NCBI GenBank assembly: GCA_045106135.1
Contig: JBGCEG010000061.1
Span: 34,809-98,808, forward strand
Direction: 5' to 3'
From: Roseobacter sp.
GTDB lineage: Bacteria; Pseudomonadota; Alphaproteobacteria; Rhodobacterales; Rhodobacteraceae
DNA length: 64,000 bases
Positions 29,219 through 38,699 of the stretch are shown one piece after another (position 1 is the first letter of the stretch; each line of letters starts with the position of its first letter). Both the position numbers and the translations under genes were made by a program. The notes under the pieces were generated by a model. That model did no database searches, was not told the origin of the DNA, and saw only the letters and a list, made by a program, of their open reading frames with translations.

Positions 29219-30415
29219 ATGTCCGAGACAACGCGCCAACAGGCCCAAGCTGCACTTGCCGAAGTGGAACAGGTATCTGCTGCGATTCTGCCCGAACCGG
29301 CAGCGGCCACCGCCATCGTGCCTCTGAAAGAGGCCGACGCACCATTGTCCGCAGCCATTACCCGGCGCATGGACGAGATCGACATGGGCAATACCAACTC
29401 CATTGTGTCGTTCGGCAGCGGTGCGCAGGCCGAATTGCAACAGATCAGCCAATCCATGCTTGCGGGCGTACGCAACAAAGATGTCGGGCCAGCTGGCGAC
29501 AGCCTGCGCAACATTGTGACCACCATTCGCGGTTTTTCGACGGATGAGCTGGATTTGCGGCGCGAACGCAGTTTCTGGGAGAAAATGCTGGGCAAAGCCG
29601 CCCCGATTGCGAAATTCACCGCGCGATTTGAAGAGGTGCAGGGTCAGATCGACCGGATCACCGATGAGCTGCTCAAGCACGAACACACGCTGCTCAAGGA
29701 TATCAAATCGCTTGATATGCTCTACGAGAAAACCCTCGAATTCTATGACGAACTGGCGCTTTATATCGCGGCGGGTGAAGAGAAACTGCAGGTTCTGGAC
29801 GAAACGGATATTCCTGCCAAAGCCGCCGCCGTGGATGCCGCCCCGGAAAACGATCAGGTGATGAAGGCGCAGGAATTGCGCGATCTGCGGGCCGCGCGCG
29901 ATGATCTGGAACGCCGGGTGCATGATCTGAAACTGACGCGGCAGGTCACCATGCAGTCGCTGCCGTCGATCCGGCTGGTGCAGGAAAACGACAAAAGCCT
30001 CGTGACAAAGATCAACTCGACCCTCGTCAACACCGTCCCCTTGTGGGAGACGCAACTGGCACAAGCGGTCACCATCCAACGCTCTGCCGAAGCGGCACAG
30101 GCCGTGCGCGCGGCGAATGATCTGACCAACGAGCTTTTGACCGCGAACGCCAAGAACCTGCGCGACAGCAACAAGGTCATCCGCGAAGAAATGGAGCGTG
30201 GCGTCTTTGACATCAACGCCGTGAAACAGGCCAACGAGGACCTCATCGGCACGATCGAGGAAAGTCTGCAGATCGCTGACGAAGGCAAAGCACGCAGAGT
30301 GGCGGCAGAAAAAGAGCTGCAGGAGATGGAAACGCGTCTGCGCGACACGCTTGCTTCGGCACGGTCGCAAGGCAGCGGCACCGGCGACACCGCCGGAACC
30401 GCTGTTCCTTCCTAA
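29219..30415 (+). CDS. Toxic anion resistance protein (TelA/KlaA/YaaN family)
   Basis: FG..AQ, QIDRI..L, QSLPSIRLVQEND..LV.KI..T.PLW, NELL..NA motifs. Confidence 0.92.
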   Translation: MSETTRQQAQAALAEVEQVSAAILPEPAAATAIVPLKEADAPLSAAITRRMDEIDMGNTNSIVSFGSGAQAELQQISQSMLAGVRNKDVGPAGDSLRNIVTTIRGFSTDELDLRRERSFWEKMLGKAAPIAKFTARFEEVQGQIDRITDELLKHEHTLLKDIKSLDMLYEKTLEFYDELALYIAAGEEKLQVLDETDIPAKAAAVDAAPENDQVMKAQELRDLRAARDDLERRVHDLKLTRQVTMQSLPSIRLVQENDKSLVTKINSTLVNTVPLWETQLAQAVTIQRSAEAAQAVRAANDLTNELLTANAKNLRDSNKVIREEMERGVFDINAVKQANEDLIGTIEESLQIADEGKARRVAAEKELQEMETRLRDTLASARSQGSGTGDTAGTAVPS

Positions 30416-30432
30416 GGGTCAGGAGCACGGGT

Positions 30433-31368
30433 GTGCGGCAACTGTCACTCATGGGCGGACTGGCGTGCATCCTGTTGGTGCTGGCAGGCTGCGTGGCCGG
30501 GCCGCGCACCTCTGTGAAGCCCCAGGAGCGCCCGGCGGGGCTTGGTCAGGCGGTGGCGCGCCCCACGTCCGAGGCCAGTGCCGCCCTGCGCAGTTATTTC
30601 GGGCAGGTCCAGAGCGCGCAACTCAGCCAGGGGTTACTGCGCGATGACGGCGGCGGCCCCGACACGCCGTTTACTGCAGATATGCTGGCGCGCAATTTCG
30701 AAGCCATCGTGTTTTTCAACGAATACGCAAGTGCGCTGCGCGGCCGCGGCGGCGAAAGCCCGTTGCGGCGCTGGGACGGGCCTGTACGGTTCGGCATGGT
30801 GTTCGGGGCGTCCATATCAGCCGCCCAGCGCAGCCGGGACACACAGACAGTCAGGGCCTATGCCAGACGGCTGTCGGGGATCGCCAACCATCCTGTGGGC
30901 CTGAGCGCAAGCAGCCCGAATTTCATCGTCATCGTCGCGGATGAAGATGACCGCAGCTCAGCCCTTGACCGCGCAGCAGAGCAGTTGCGCGGGATCACGG
31001 CGGCAAGTCTTGATCCGCTGCGTGATCTGCCGCGCGACACCTATTGCGCGGTTGCAGCCTACGCCACGGGCGAGGACCCCAATACATACACACGCGCCGT
31101 GGCGCTCATCCGGGCCGAGAACCCCGGTCTGCTGCGCGAAAGCTGTTTTCACGAAGAGTTGGCCCAAGGGCTTGGGCTGGCCAATGACAGCCGCGCCGCA
31201 CGTCCATCGATCTTTAATGACGACGATGAATTTGCCTTGCTCACAGATCACGATGCGCTGTTGCTACAGATGCTGTATGACCCGCGCCTGAGCACGGGAA
31301 TGACCGCGCAGGACGCGGCCCCCGTGGTGCGCATTATCGCACGAGAGTTGGTGCAAGGCCCGCTTTGA
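30433..31368 (+). CDS. DUF2927-type lipoprotein
   Basis: Lipobox LAGC; CFHEELAQGLGLANDS..PSIFNDD..LT.HD..LL.MLYDP. Confidence 0.8.
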   Translation: MRQLSLMGGLACILLVLAGCVAGPRTSVKPQERPAGLGQAVARPTSEASAALRSYFGQVQSAQLSQGLLRDDGGGPDTPFTADMLARNFEAIVFFNEYASALRGRGGESPLRRWDGPVRFGMVFGASISAAQRSRDTQTVRAYARRLSGIANHPVGLSASSPNFIVIVADEDDRSSALDRAAEQLRGITAASLDPLRDLPRDTYCAVAAYATGEDPNTYTRAVALIRAENPGLLRESCFHEELAQGLGLANDSRAARPSIFNDDDEFALLTDHDALLLQMLYDPRLSTGMTAQDAAPVVRIIARELVQGPL

Positions 31369-31390
31369 ACAAACCAAAGGACTGAAACGC

Positions 31391-32533
31391 ATGGCAATCT
31401 TCGACTTTCTTTCCGGTCAGTTTATCGACGTCATTCATTGGACGGACGATACGCGCGACACGATGGTCTGGCGCTTTGAACGCGAGGGCCACGAGATCAA
31501 ATACGGCGCCAAGCTCACGGTGCGTGAAGGTCAGGCGGCGGTCTTTGTGCATGAAGGCCAGTTGGCGGATGTGTTCACGCCGGGCCTTTACATGCTTGAA
31601 ACCAACAACATGCCGCTGATGACCACACTGCAGCATTGGGATCATGGCTTTCGCAGCCCGTTCAAATCAGAGATCTATTTCGTCAACACCACCCGGTTCA
31701 ACAACCTCAAATGGGGCACGAAGAACCCAGTGATCTGCCGCGACCCCGAATTTGGGCCTGTGCGCCTGCGCGCCTTTGGCACCTATTCGGTCAAGGTGGC
31801 CGATGCCGCGAAGTTTCTGGTAGAGATCGTCGGCACCGATGGCGAATTCACCATGGATGAGATCAGCTTTCAGATCCGCAACATCATCGTGCAGGAATTC
31901 TCCCGCACGATTGCGCGCGCAAGCATTCCCGTGATGGACATGGCCGCCAACACGCGCGAGCTGGGCCAGCTTGTGGGCAAGGAGATCAGCGGGCAGCTGG
32001 CCGAATATGGCCTTGCGATGCCAGAGCTTTATGTCGAGAATATCTCGCTCCCACCGGCGGTTGAGCAGGTGATGGACAAGCGATCCTCCATGGGGGTGAT
32101 CGGGAACCTCAATGAATACATGCAGTTTCAGGCAGCAGAAGCTCTGGGGCGTGACGGGGCCGGGGCGGCTGCCATTCAGGCAGGTCTGGGCGCGGGATTG
32201 GGCCTGCAAATCGGTCAGGCCGCCGCAGCACAAGGCCCTTGGGGCGCCCGGCCTGCACAGACGCAACCGCAGGCTCAGGCACAGCCCGTCGCAGCCGCCG
32301 CCCTGCCGCCTGCCGCCCCCCCCGTGGAACACGTCTGGCACATTGCCGAGAACGGGGAGACCCGCGGCCCCTACTCAAAAGCCGCCCTTGGCCGCATGGC
32401 CACGCAAGGCACGCTGACGCGTCAAAGCTATGTCTGGACCCAAGGTCAGGACGGGTGGCTGCGCGCCGAAGATGTGGCCGAACTGGCGCGGCTTTTCACC
32501 GTCCTGCCGCCACCGCCGCCCGCAGGTATCTGA
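31391..32533 (+). CDS. SPFH-domain protein (YdjI-like) with C-terminal GYF_2 domain
   Basis: GAKLTVREGQAAVF, SPFKSEIYF, KWGT, RAFGTY; W....GETRGPY..VW..G.DGW; terminal PPPPP. Confidence 0.85.
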   Translation: MAIFDFLSGQFIDVIHWTDDTRDTMVWRFEREGHEIKYGAKLTVREGQAAVFVHEGQLADVFTPGLYMLETNNMPLMTTLQHWDHGFRSPFKSEIYFVNTTRFNNLKWGTKNPVICRDPEFGPVRLRAFGTYSVKVADAAKFLVEIVGTDGEFTMDEISFQIRNIIVQEFSRTIARASIPVMDMAANTRELGQLVGKEISGQLAEYGLAMPELYVENISLPPAVEQVMDKRSSMGVIGNLNEYMQFQAAEALGRDGAGAAAIQAGLGAGLGLQIGQAAAAQGPWGARPAQTQPQAQAQPVAAAALPPAAPPVEHVWHIAENGETRGPYSKAALGRMATQGTLTRQSYVWTQGQDGWLRAEDVAELARLFTVLPPPPPAGI

Positions 32534-32579
32534 CGGCGCGCAACCCTCGCCATGCTCCTCTAGTTGATCGAAGGCTTCG

Positions 32580-33113
32580 GTGACCCTGACACGACGGACA
32601 TACCTGAAATGGCTGCACTGGACGCTGGTGCCGCTGTTTGTGTGGTTTTTACTGGTCAAGCCAGACGACGTGCTGCCCTTTGGGCCGCAAGCCTTTCAGT
32701 TTCATTCGGTTCTGGCGCTGATTTTTGTCAGTCTCTCGCTGGTGTGGACGGCTGACCTGATGCGGCGCGGTCTTGCCTCGCGGCCCGGCCCAAAGCTGCA
32801 CGGCTGGCAGCGCAGGCTGCACCGTTGGCTGCATCTGACACTGATCTGGGGGCTGTTCCTTGTGGCTTTCGGGGGCTTTTTGCTGGGGCTGACGTCCTCG
32901 CGGTTGCTCAAGGCGGGAGGTTTCCTGCCCATCGCGCCGCCGCTGGACCTGCCCCGCTGGAATGATCTGGCGGGCACGTTTCACATCTACCAGTTCTACC
33001 TGCTGGGGCTGATTGCCCTAGGCCACGCAGCGTTCCACATCTGGCGTCACTTCCGCTTGCGCGACAACGCGCTGCGTATCATGGTGCCCAAAGCGCTGCA
33101 CCGCTTTTTGTGA
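32580..33113 (+). CDS. Cytochrome b/b6-like (b561-type) 4-TM di-heme protein
   Basis: WLHW, FHS, WLH, FHI, GHAAFH histidines in four TM helices; RDNALRIM C-terminus. Confidence 0.75.
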   Translation: MTLTRRTYLKWLHWTLVPLFVWFLLVKPDDVLPFGPQAFQFHSVLALIFVSLSLVWTADLMRRGLASRPGPKLHGWQRRLHRWLHLTLIWGLFLVAFGGFLLGLTSSRLLKAGGFLPIAPPLDLPRWNDLAGTFHIYQFYLLGLIALGHAAFHIWRHFRLRDNALRIMVPKALHRFL

Positions 33114-33167
33114 GGTTTGACGATGACGGGGCCATGGGACCAACCACGCGTGCCGAAAGAGACCGAC

Positions 33168-34277
33168 ATGCGGGATACCCTGCAGCCTGCACCGGACGTG
33201 GAACAGCACTTTCCCTGTGATGCCTGCGGCGCGGACATGCGGTTTGATGCACGCCGTGCAGCCATGCTCTGCGATCACTGCGGTAACGCGGCAGCGCTGG
33301 CAGAGGCCCCGCAGACGCCGCATCCGCTTGCCGAACTTGATTTCCGCGCGGCTGTCGCGGATGCGCTGCCCCGCAGTGACATTGAAATCACGCGCGTCTC
33401 AAAATGCCCGAACTGTGCCGCAGAAGTGCAGTTTGACCCCGTCGTGCACGCCACCGAATGTCCGTTTTGCGCGACGCCCGTTGTCGCGGACACAGGCGAG
33501 CATCGGCACATCAAGCCCCGGGGCATCCTGCCCTTTGCCGTTGATGAACGTGAAGCCCGCGAGGCCATGACCAACTGGCTGGGCAGATTGTGGTTTGCGC
33601 CCAATGGCTTGCAGGACTACGCGCGCAAGGGTCGCAAAATGCAGGGTATCTACGTGCCGTATTGGACCTATGATGCCGATACGGCCTCAAGCTACCGGGG
33701 CGAACGCGGCACCATCTACTACCAGACCCATACGGTGATGCGCGATGGCAAGCGCCAGCAGGTGCGTGTGGCCCGGACGCGCTGGCGGCCTGCTTCTGGT
33801 CGGGTGAAACGGTTCTTTGACGATGTGCTGGTGCTGGCTTCAAAGTCTCTGCCCAAACGCTATACGGATGCGCTGCAACCTTGGGATCTGGCAGCCCTTG
33901 AGCCCTACACCCCCGCCTATCTGGCCGGGTTCCGGGCCGAAGGCTACGCGATCCCCCTTGAAGAGGGCTTTAAAGAGGCACGCGAGATCATGGATGCGGC
34001 CATTCTGCGCGATATCCGCTTTAACATCGGGGGGGACCGGCAGCGGGTGCATCAGGTCTCTACCCAGGTGCGGAATGTCACCTTCAAACATGTCCTGCTG
34101 CCCGTCTGGCTTGCGGCCTACAAATACAGAGGCGAAACTTACCGCTTTGTGGTCAACGGCCGCACAGGCAAGGTGCAGGGCGAACGACCATGGTCTGCGG
34201 TCAAGATCACCCTTGCGGTCATTGCGGGTGTCATCGTTGCGGCGGGCTTTGGCTATTTCTATGCGATGACCCAATGA
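33168..34277 (+). CDS. Membrane-anchored Zn-ribbon protein (YdjG-like)
   Basis: Four CxxC pairs (CDAC, CDHC, CPNC, CPFC), GIYVPYW, LLPVW..Y..VNG.TGKV.G.RP, C-terminal TM; start uncertain (33117-33168). Confidence 0.8.
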   Translation: MRDTLQPAPDVEQHFPCDACGADMRFDARRAAMLCDHCGNAAALAEAPQTPHPLAELDFRAAVADALPRSDIEITRVSKCPNCAAEVQFDPVVHATECPFCATPVVADTGEHRHIKPRGILPFAVDEREAREAMTNWLGRLWFAPNGLQDYARKGRKMQGIYVPYWTYDADTASSYRGERGTIYYQTHTVMRDGKRQQVRVARTRWRPASGRVKRFFDDVLVLASKSLPKRYTDALQPWDLAALEPYTPAYLAGFRAEGYAIPLEEGFKEAREIMDAAILRDIRFNIGGDRQRVHQVSTQVRNVTFKHVLLPVWLAAYKYRGETYRFVVNGRTGKVQGERPWSAVKITLAVIAGVIVAAGFGYFYAMTQ

Positions 34278-34948
34278 GCGACTTTGACACCCTGAGGGGC
34301 CTTATGCAGGCGCGCATGTCCTGCCGCGCCTTTCGCCCAGATCCGGTGCCGCGCGACATCATCGAAAAAGTCATCGCTGCGGCCCGGCACGCCCCGTCGT
34401 GGTGCAACGCGCAACCCTGGCAGCTTGTGGTGGCCGATGTGGCGGAAACTGATCGGTTCCGGACCGCCCTGCAGGCGCATGTGACCCAAGGCGGTGCGGC
34501 GGCCATGGACCTTGACCCACCGCAAGGCTACCCGGAGGTCTACGGCGACCGCAGGCGCGCCTGCGGCTTGCAGCTTTACGAAGCGGTCGGTGTGCAAAAG
34601 GGCGACCGGGCTGGATCAGCGGCCCAGATGATGCGTAATTTCGCACTGTTTGATGCGCCGCATGTGGCTATTCTGACCAGCCCGCGCGCGCTTGGGCCTT
34701 ATGGCGCGATGGATTCGGGGGGCTTTTTGCTGGCCTTCACCCTTGCGGCGCAAAGTCTGGGGCTTGCGACCATCCCACAAGCCGCCGTGGCAAATTACAG
34801 CGCCTTTGTGCGCTCTCATTTCGAGATTGAAGAGGACCGGATGATGCTTTGTGCCATCTCTTTTGGCTACCCGGATATGGATCATCCCGCCAACGGTTTC
34901 CGCACGGGCCGCGCGGGGGTTCACGACATTATGGAATGGCGGCAATGA
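34274..34948 (+). CDS. Nitroreductase family protein
   Basis: [17 protein letters not shown] motifs; ATGA overlap with the upstream gene. Confidence 0.9.
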   Translation: MSDFDTLRGLMQARMSCRAFRPDPVPRDIIEKVIAAARHAPSWCNAQPWQLVVADVAETDRFRTALQAHVTQGGAAAMDLDPPQGYPEVYGDRRRACGLQLYEAVGVQKGDRAGSAAQMMRNFALFDAPHVAILTSPRALGPYGAMDSGGFLLAFTLAAQSLGLATIPQAAVANYSAFVRSHFEIEEDRMMLCAISFGYPDMDHPANGFRTGRAGVHDIMEWRQ

Positions 34949-35388
34949 GGGCGCTCTTGCAACGTGTCTCTTCCGCCTCCGTCGCGGTCGCGGACAACCC
35001 CGTCGGGGAAATCGAGTCTGGTCTGCTGATCCTGATCTGCGCGATGCCCGGCGACACCGACGCGACGGTCGAAAAGCTGGCAACAAAAGTCGCCAAGCTG
35101 AGGCTCTTCAAAGATGACGCGGGCAAGATGAACCTGAGCCTGTTGCAAACCGGCGGGGCCGCACTGGTGGTCAGCCAGTTCACGCTGGCTGCTGACACCG
35201 CGCGCGGCAACCGCCCCGGATTCTCTGGCGCTGCAAAACCACAGGAGGCAGACAGGCTCTACCAACACTTTGGCAAGTGCCTGCAAAGTTTGGGCATTCA
35301 GGTAGCATGGGGCCAGTTTGGCGCAGACATGGCAGTGTCGCTGGTCAACGACGGGCCAGTCACGATCTGGCTGGACACGCAGGCCTGA
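34945..35388 (+). CDS. dtd: D-aminoacyl-tRNA deacylase
   Basis: [24 protein letters not shown] motifs. Confidence 0.96.
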   Translation: MRALLQRVSSASVAVADNPVGEIESGLLILICAMPGDTDATVEKLATKVAKLRLFKDDAGKMNLSLLQTGGAALVVSQFTLAADTARGNRPGFSGAAKPQEADRLYQHFGKCLQSLGIQVAWGQFGADMAVSLVNDGPVTIWLDTQA

Positions 35389-35426
35389 TCCTTGCCAAAC
35401 GCGCGATTGCCCCGCATAGATCTGTG

Positions 35427-36536
35427 ATGATGCACAAAAGCCTCCTTGTTAAGCTCTTTCAGGCCGGTGTGACCGCCGTCCGCGGAGACACCGCAGTGGC
35501 CCATGCGCTGAAAACGGGCAGTGTCCCACCGCCCGATCAGATCATCGCCGTGGGCAAAGCCGCAACCGCCATGGCGCGTGCCGCGCATGAGGTTTTCCCG
35601 CAGGCCCCGATTTTGATTGTTACCAAGTATGATCATGCGGAGGACGCTCCTGCCCCTGCGGTGGTGATAGAGGCGGCGCATCCTGTGCTTGATGAAAACT
35701 CGCTGCGTGCAGGGCGCATGATCCGCAACACGGTGGCCGCGATGACCACTGGCAGCCATCTGCTGATGTTGGTCTCGGGCGGTGCGTCGGCCCTTGCAGA
35801 GGACCCTGTGGAAGGACTGGACCTTGACGGTCTGTCGGCGCGGACGGTCGAAATGCTGGGCGCTGGCGACGACATCCACGCCATGAACGCCGTGCGCAAA
35901 ACGCTTAGCCGCATCAAAGGGGGCAGGCTTTTTGACAGCTTTCAGGGCGCGCAGGTCACCACGCTTGCGATTTCCGATGTAGAGGGCGATGCGCTGAATG
36001 TGATCGGCTCCGGCATTGGGGCGGCAGCCTCAACCGCGCCTTTCACCTTCGTGCCGCAGATCATTGCCAGCAATCAAATCGCCAGAACGGCCGTGGTTGC
36101 ACAAGCGGATGCTGCGGGGTTTACCACGCTGACCAACGCGGAAACGTTGTATACGGACATCACCAAGGCAGCGCCCGCCATCGCACAGACCCTCAGGACA
36201 GCCTCATCAGGCCTGCACCTTTGGGGCGGCGAGCCAACGGTCGTCCTGCCGCAAAACCCCGGTCAGGGTGGGCGCAATCAGGCGCTGGCCTTGTTGATTG
36301 CGCGGGAAATTGCCGGAACACCCGGCCTGACCGTGCTTGTGGCCGGCACCGACGGCACCGACGGGCCGACAGATGCGGCAGGCGCGATTGTGACGGGCGA
36401 CACGTGGTCGCCGGACGGGCAGGCAGCCCTTGATGCAGCGAACGCCCTGCCGTGGCTTGACGCACGGGGCGCGTTGTTGCGCACGGGGCCCACGGGCACC
36501 AACGTCATGGACCTTGTGATCGCCCTCAAATCCTGA
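35427..36536 (+). CDS. Glycerate 2-kinase-like (DUF4147/MOFRL)
   Basis: GKAA, AHP, SGGASAL, IKGG, GGE, GGRNQ, GTDG.DG, TGTNVMD motifs. Confidence 0.88.
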   Translation: MMHKSLLVKLFQAGVTAVRGDTAVAHALKTGSVPPPDQIIAVGKAATAMARAAHEVFPQAPILIVTKYDHAEDAPAPAVVIEAAHPVLDENSLRAGRMIRNTVAAMTTGSHLLMLVSGGASALAEDPVEGLDLDGLSARTVEMLGAGDDIHAMNAVRKTLSRIKGGRLFDSFQGAQVTTLAISDVEGDALNVIGSGIGAAASTAPFTFVPQIIASNQIARTAVVAQADAAGFTTLTNAETLYTDITKAAPAIAQTLRTASSGLHLWGGEPTVVLPQNPGQGGRNQALALLIAREIAGTPGLTVLVAGTDGTDGPTDAAGAIVTGDTWSPDGQAALDAANALPWLDARGALLRTGPTGTNVMDLVIALKS

Positions 36537-36592
36537 CGGCGGAGTGGTCAAACCGCGCTTGACAGATGCCAGCCTTCGGGCAACCTACACGC

Positions 36593-38584
36593 ATGACAAG
36601 AGAAAACGCGCTGCGCGATATTGAAGACCTGCCGGATTACCGCATCACACTTTCCGATGGGACCCGCCTCTCCGCCCGCCTGTGGCGCCCGGTTGACGCT
36701 GCGGATGACCCGGTGCCCCTGATCCTCGAATATCTGCCTTACCGCAAACGCGATGGCACCGTGGCGCGCGATGCGCTGACGCATCCGTGGTTTGCTGCGC
36801 GCGGGTATGCTTGTCTGCGTGTCGACATGCGCGGCAACGGCGACAGTGAAGGTTTGATGGCGGATGAGTACACCGAAACAGAACTGGCCGATGCAGTAGA
36901 GGTGATCACCCAGATGGCCGCACAGCCGTGGTGCAACGGACGCGTGGGCATGATGGGGATCAGCTGGGGCGGGTTCAATGGGCTGCAGGTGGCCGCGCGC
37001 ACCCCTGAGCCGCTCAAGGCGGTCATCACGCTGTGCAGTACGGTGGACCGCTTTGCGGATGACATCCACTACAAGGGCGGTTGTCTGCTGAACGAAAATC
37101 TGGGCTGGGGGGCCACCATGTGGGCCTATTCCTCGCGCGCGCCCGACCCCGCCTTGCGCGAAAACTGGCGTGAAATGTGGCTGGAGCGGCTGGCGGCGGA
37201 GCCGTTCCTGCCCGCCCTGTGGCTGCGTCACCAGCGCCGCGACGCCTATTGGAAGCATGGATCGGTCTGCGAGAATTACGCCGCGATCAAGGCGCGCGTG
37301 CTGGCCGTGGGCGGCTGGGGGGACGCCTACAAGAACGCCGTGCCCGAGATCGTCCAGAACATCGCAGGGGCAAAGGGCATTGTGGGTCCGTGGGTACATA
37401 AATACCCGCATTTCGCCGTCCCCGAACCGCGTATTGGCTTTTTGCAAGAGGCGCTGCGCTGGTGGGACCGCTGGCTCAAGGACATGCCCAACGACGCCGA
37501 AAATCTGCCGGACTACCGCGCCTATATCATGGACGGCGTGCGGCCTGCGCGCTGGTACGAGGAACGCTCCGGCGTCTGGGCCGCAGAGGAATACGGTGCG
37601 GTTGCACATATCCCTCACCGGACCCTGCATCTGACCAACAACGGCTTGTCAGATGCCCCTGGCAGGCTGACGGCGCAGATTGCATCGCCGCAGGATTGTG
37701 GCGCAGAGGCGGGGGAATATTGCGCGATCTGGCTGGGCCCGGAAATGCCCGGCGATCAGCGCAGCGATGACGCACTGTCGCTGACCTTTGACACGGCACC
37801 GGTAGAGGCAGATACCGATCTCTTTGGCGCACCAGAGGTCCGGTTGAAGCTACGCAGCGACAAGCCGCAGGCGCAGATTGCTGTCCGGCTCAACCACTTG
37901 CACCCCGATGGCGCTGTGACACGCGTGACCTACGGCGTGCTGAACCTGAGCCACCGCGACAGCCACGAAGACCCCTCGCCCCTGCCCAAAGACGGGGTCG
38001 TGAGCGCCACCCTGAAACTGGATCAGATCGCCTACAGAATTCCAGCAGGCCATCAGCTGCGCCTGTCTGTCTCAACCAGCTATTGGCCACTGCTCTGGCC
38101 CGCCCCAGAGGCTGCAACCCTCTCGCTCGAGGCGGGCAGTGTTCAACTTCCGATCAGGCGCACAGCGCTCAAGGATCAGACAGCTTTTGAGCCGCCAGAG
38201 AGTGCGGCCCCCTGGCCACACGAGGAAATCCGACCCGCACGCAACAAAAGACACAAAGTCACGGACCTGAAGACCGGCGTTGTCAGCCTTGTGATCGAGG
38301 ACGATTTTGGCAAGAAGCGCGACAGCGCCCATGGTCTGGTATCCGGTGCGATTGCGCGGGAAAGGTGGGATATCCACCCCGATGATCCATTGTCCGCGCG
38401 GGGCAGTTGCCACTGGACGGAAGAAATGGAAAGGGACGACATTCACCTGCGCACAGAGACATATTCGGAAATGTGGTGCGATGGGGAACATTTCTACCTG
38501 CGCGCGCGCCTTGAGGCCTACGAGAACGATAAACTGGTCTGTGAACGGGATGTCGAAGACAAAATCGCACGCGATCACTTGTGA
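36593..38584 (+). CDS. CocE/NonD family hydrolase (peptidase S15)
   Basis: YLPYRK, GISWGG nucleophile elbow, GGWGD, GPWVH motifs. Confidence 0.9.
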   Translation: MTRENALRDIEDLPDYRITLSDGTRLSARLWRPVDAADDPVPLILEYLPYRKRDGTVARDALTHPWFAARGYACLRVDMRGNGDSEGLMADEYTETELADAVEVITQMAAQPWCNGRVGMMGISWGGFNGLQVAARTPEPLKAVITLCSTVDRFADDIHYKGGCLLNENLGWGATMWAYSSRAPDPALRENWREMWLERLAAEPFLPALWLRHQRRDAYWKHGSVCENYAAIKARVLAVGGWGDAYKNAVPEIVQNIAGAKGIVGPWVHKYPHFAVPEPRIGFLQEALRWWDRWLKDMPNDAENLPDYRAYIMDGVRPARWYEERSGVWAAEEYGAVAHIPHRTLHLTNNGLSDAPGRLTAQIASPQDCGAEAGEYCAIWLGPEMPGDQRSDDALSLTFDTAPVEADTDLFGAPEVRLKLRSDKPQAQIAVRLNHLHPDGAVTRVTYGVLNLSHRDSHEDPSPLPKDGVVSATLKLDQIAYRIPAGHQLRLSVSTSYWPLLWPAPEAATLSLEAGSVQLPIRRTALKDQTAFEPPESAAPWPHEEIRPARNKRHKVTDLKTGVVSLVIEDDFGKKRDSAHGLVSGAIARERWDIHPDDPLSARGSCHWTEEMERDDIHLRTETYSEMWCDGEHFYLRARLEAYENDKLVCERDVEDKIARDHL

Positions 38585-38699
38585 CAGTCAACCCATGAAA
38601 GTTCGGGAAAGAGGCTTGCGACAAGGCCAGAAATGCGCAAGCCTAAGGGCATAAAGACGATAAAGCGCCACCAAGGCGCCAATCAACCGGGAGAAATAC

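Noticed and set aside
28517-30370. 617-aa antisense ORF, and similar long ORFs such as 7845-9371, 13949-15037, 36548-37630 and 54390-55619
   Set aside because: They lie opposite well-supported genes, show no recognisable motifs, and are the shadow ORFs expected from GC-rich codon bias
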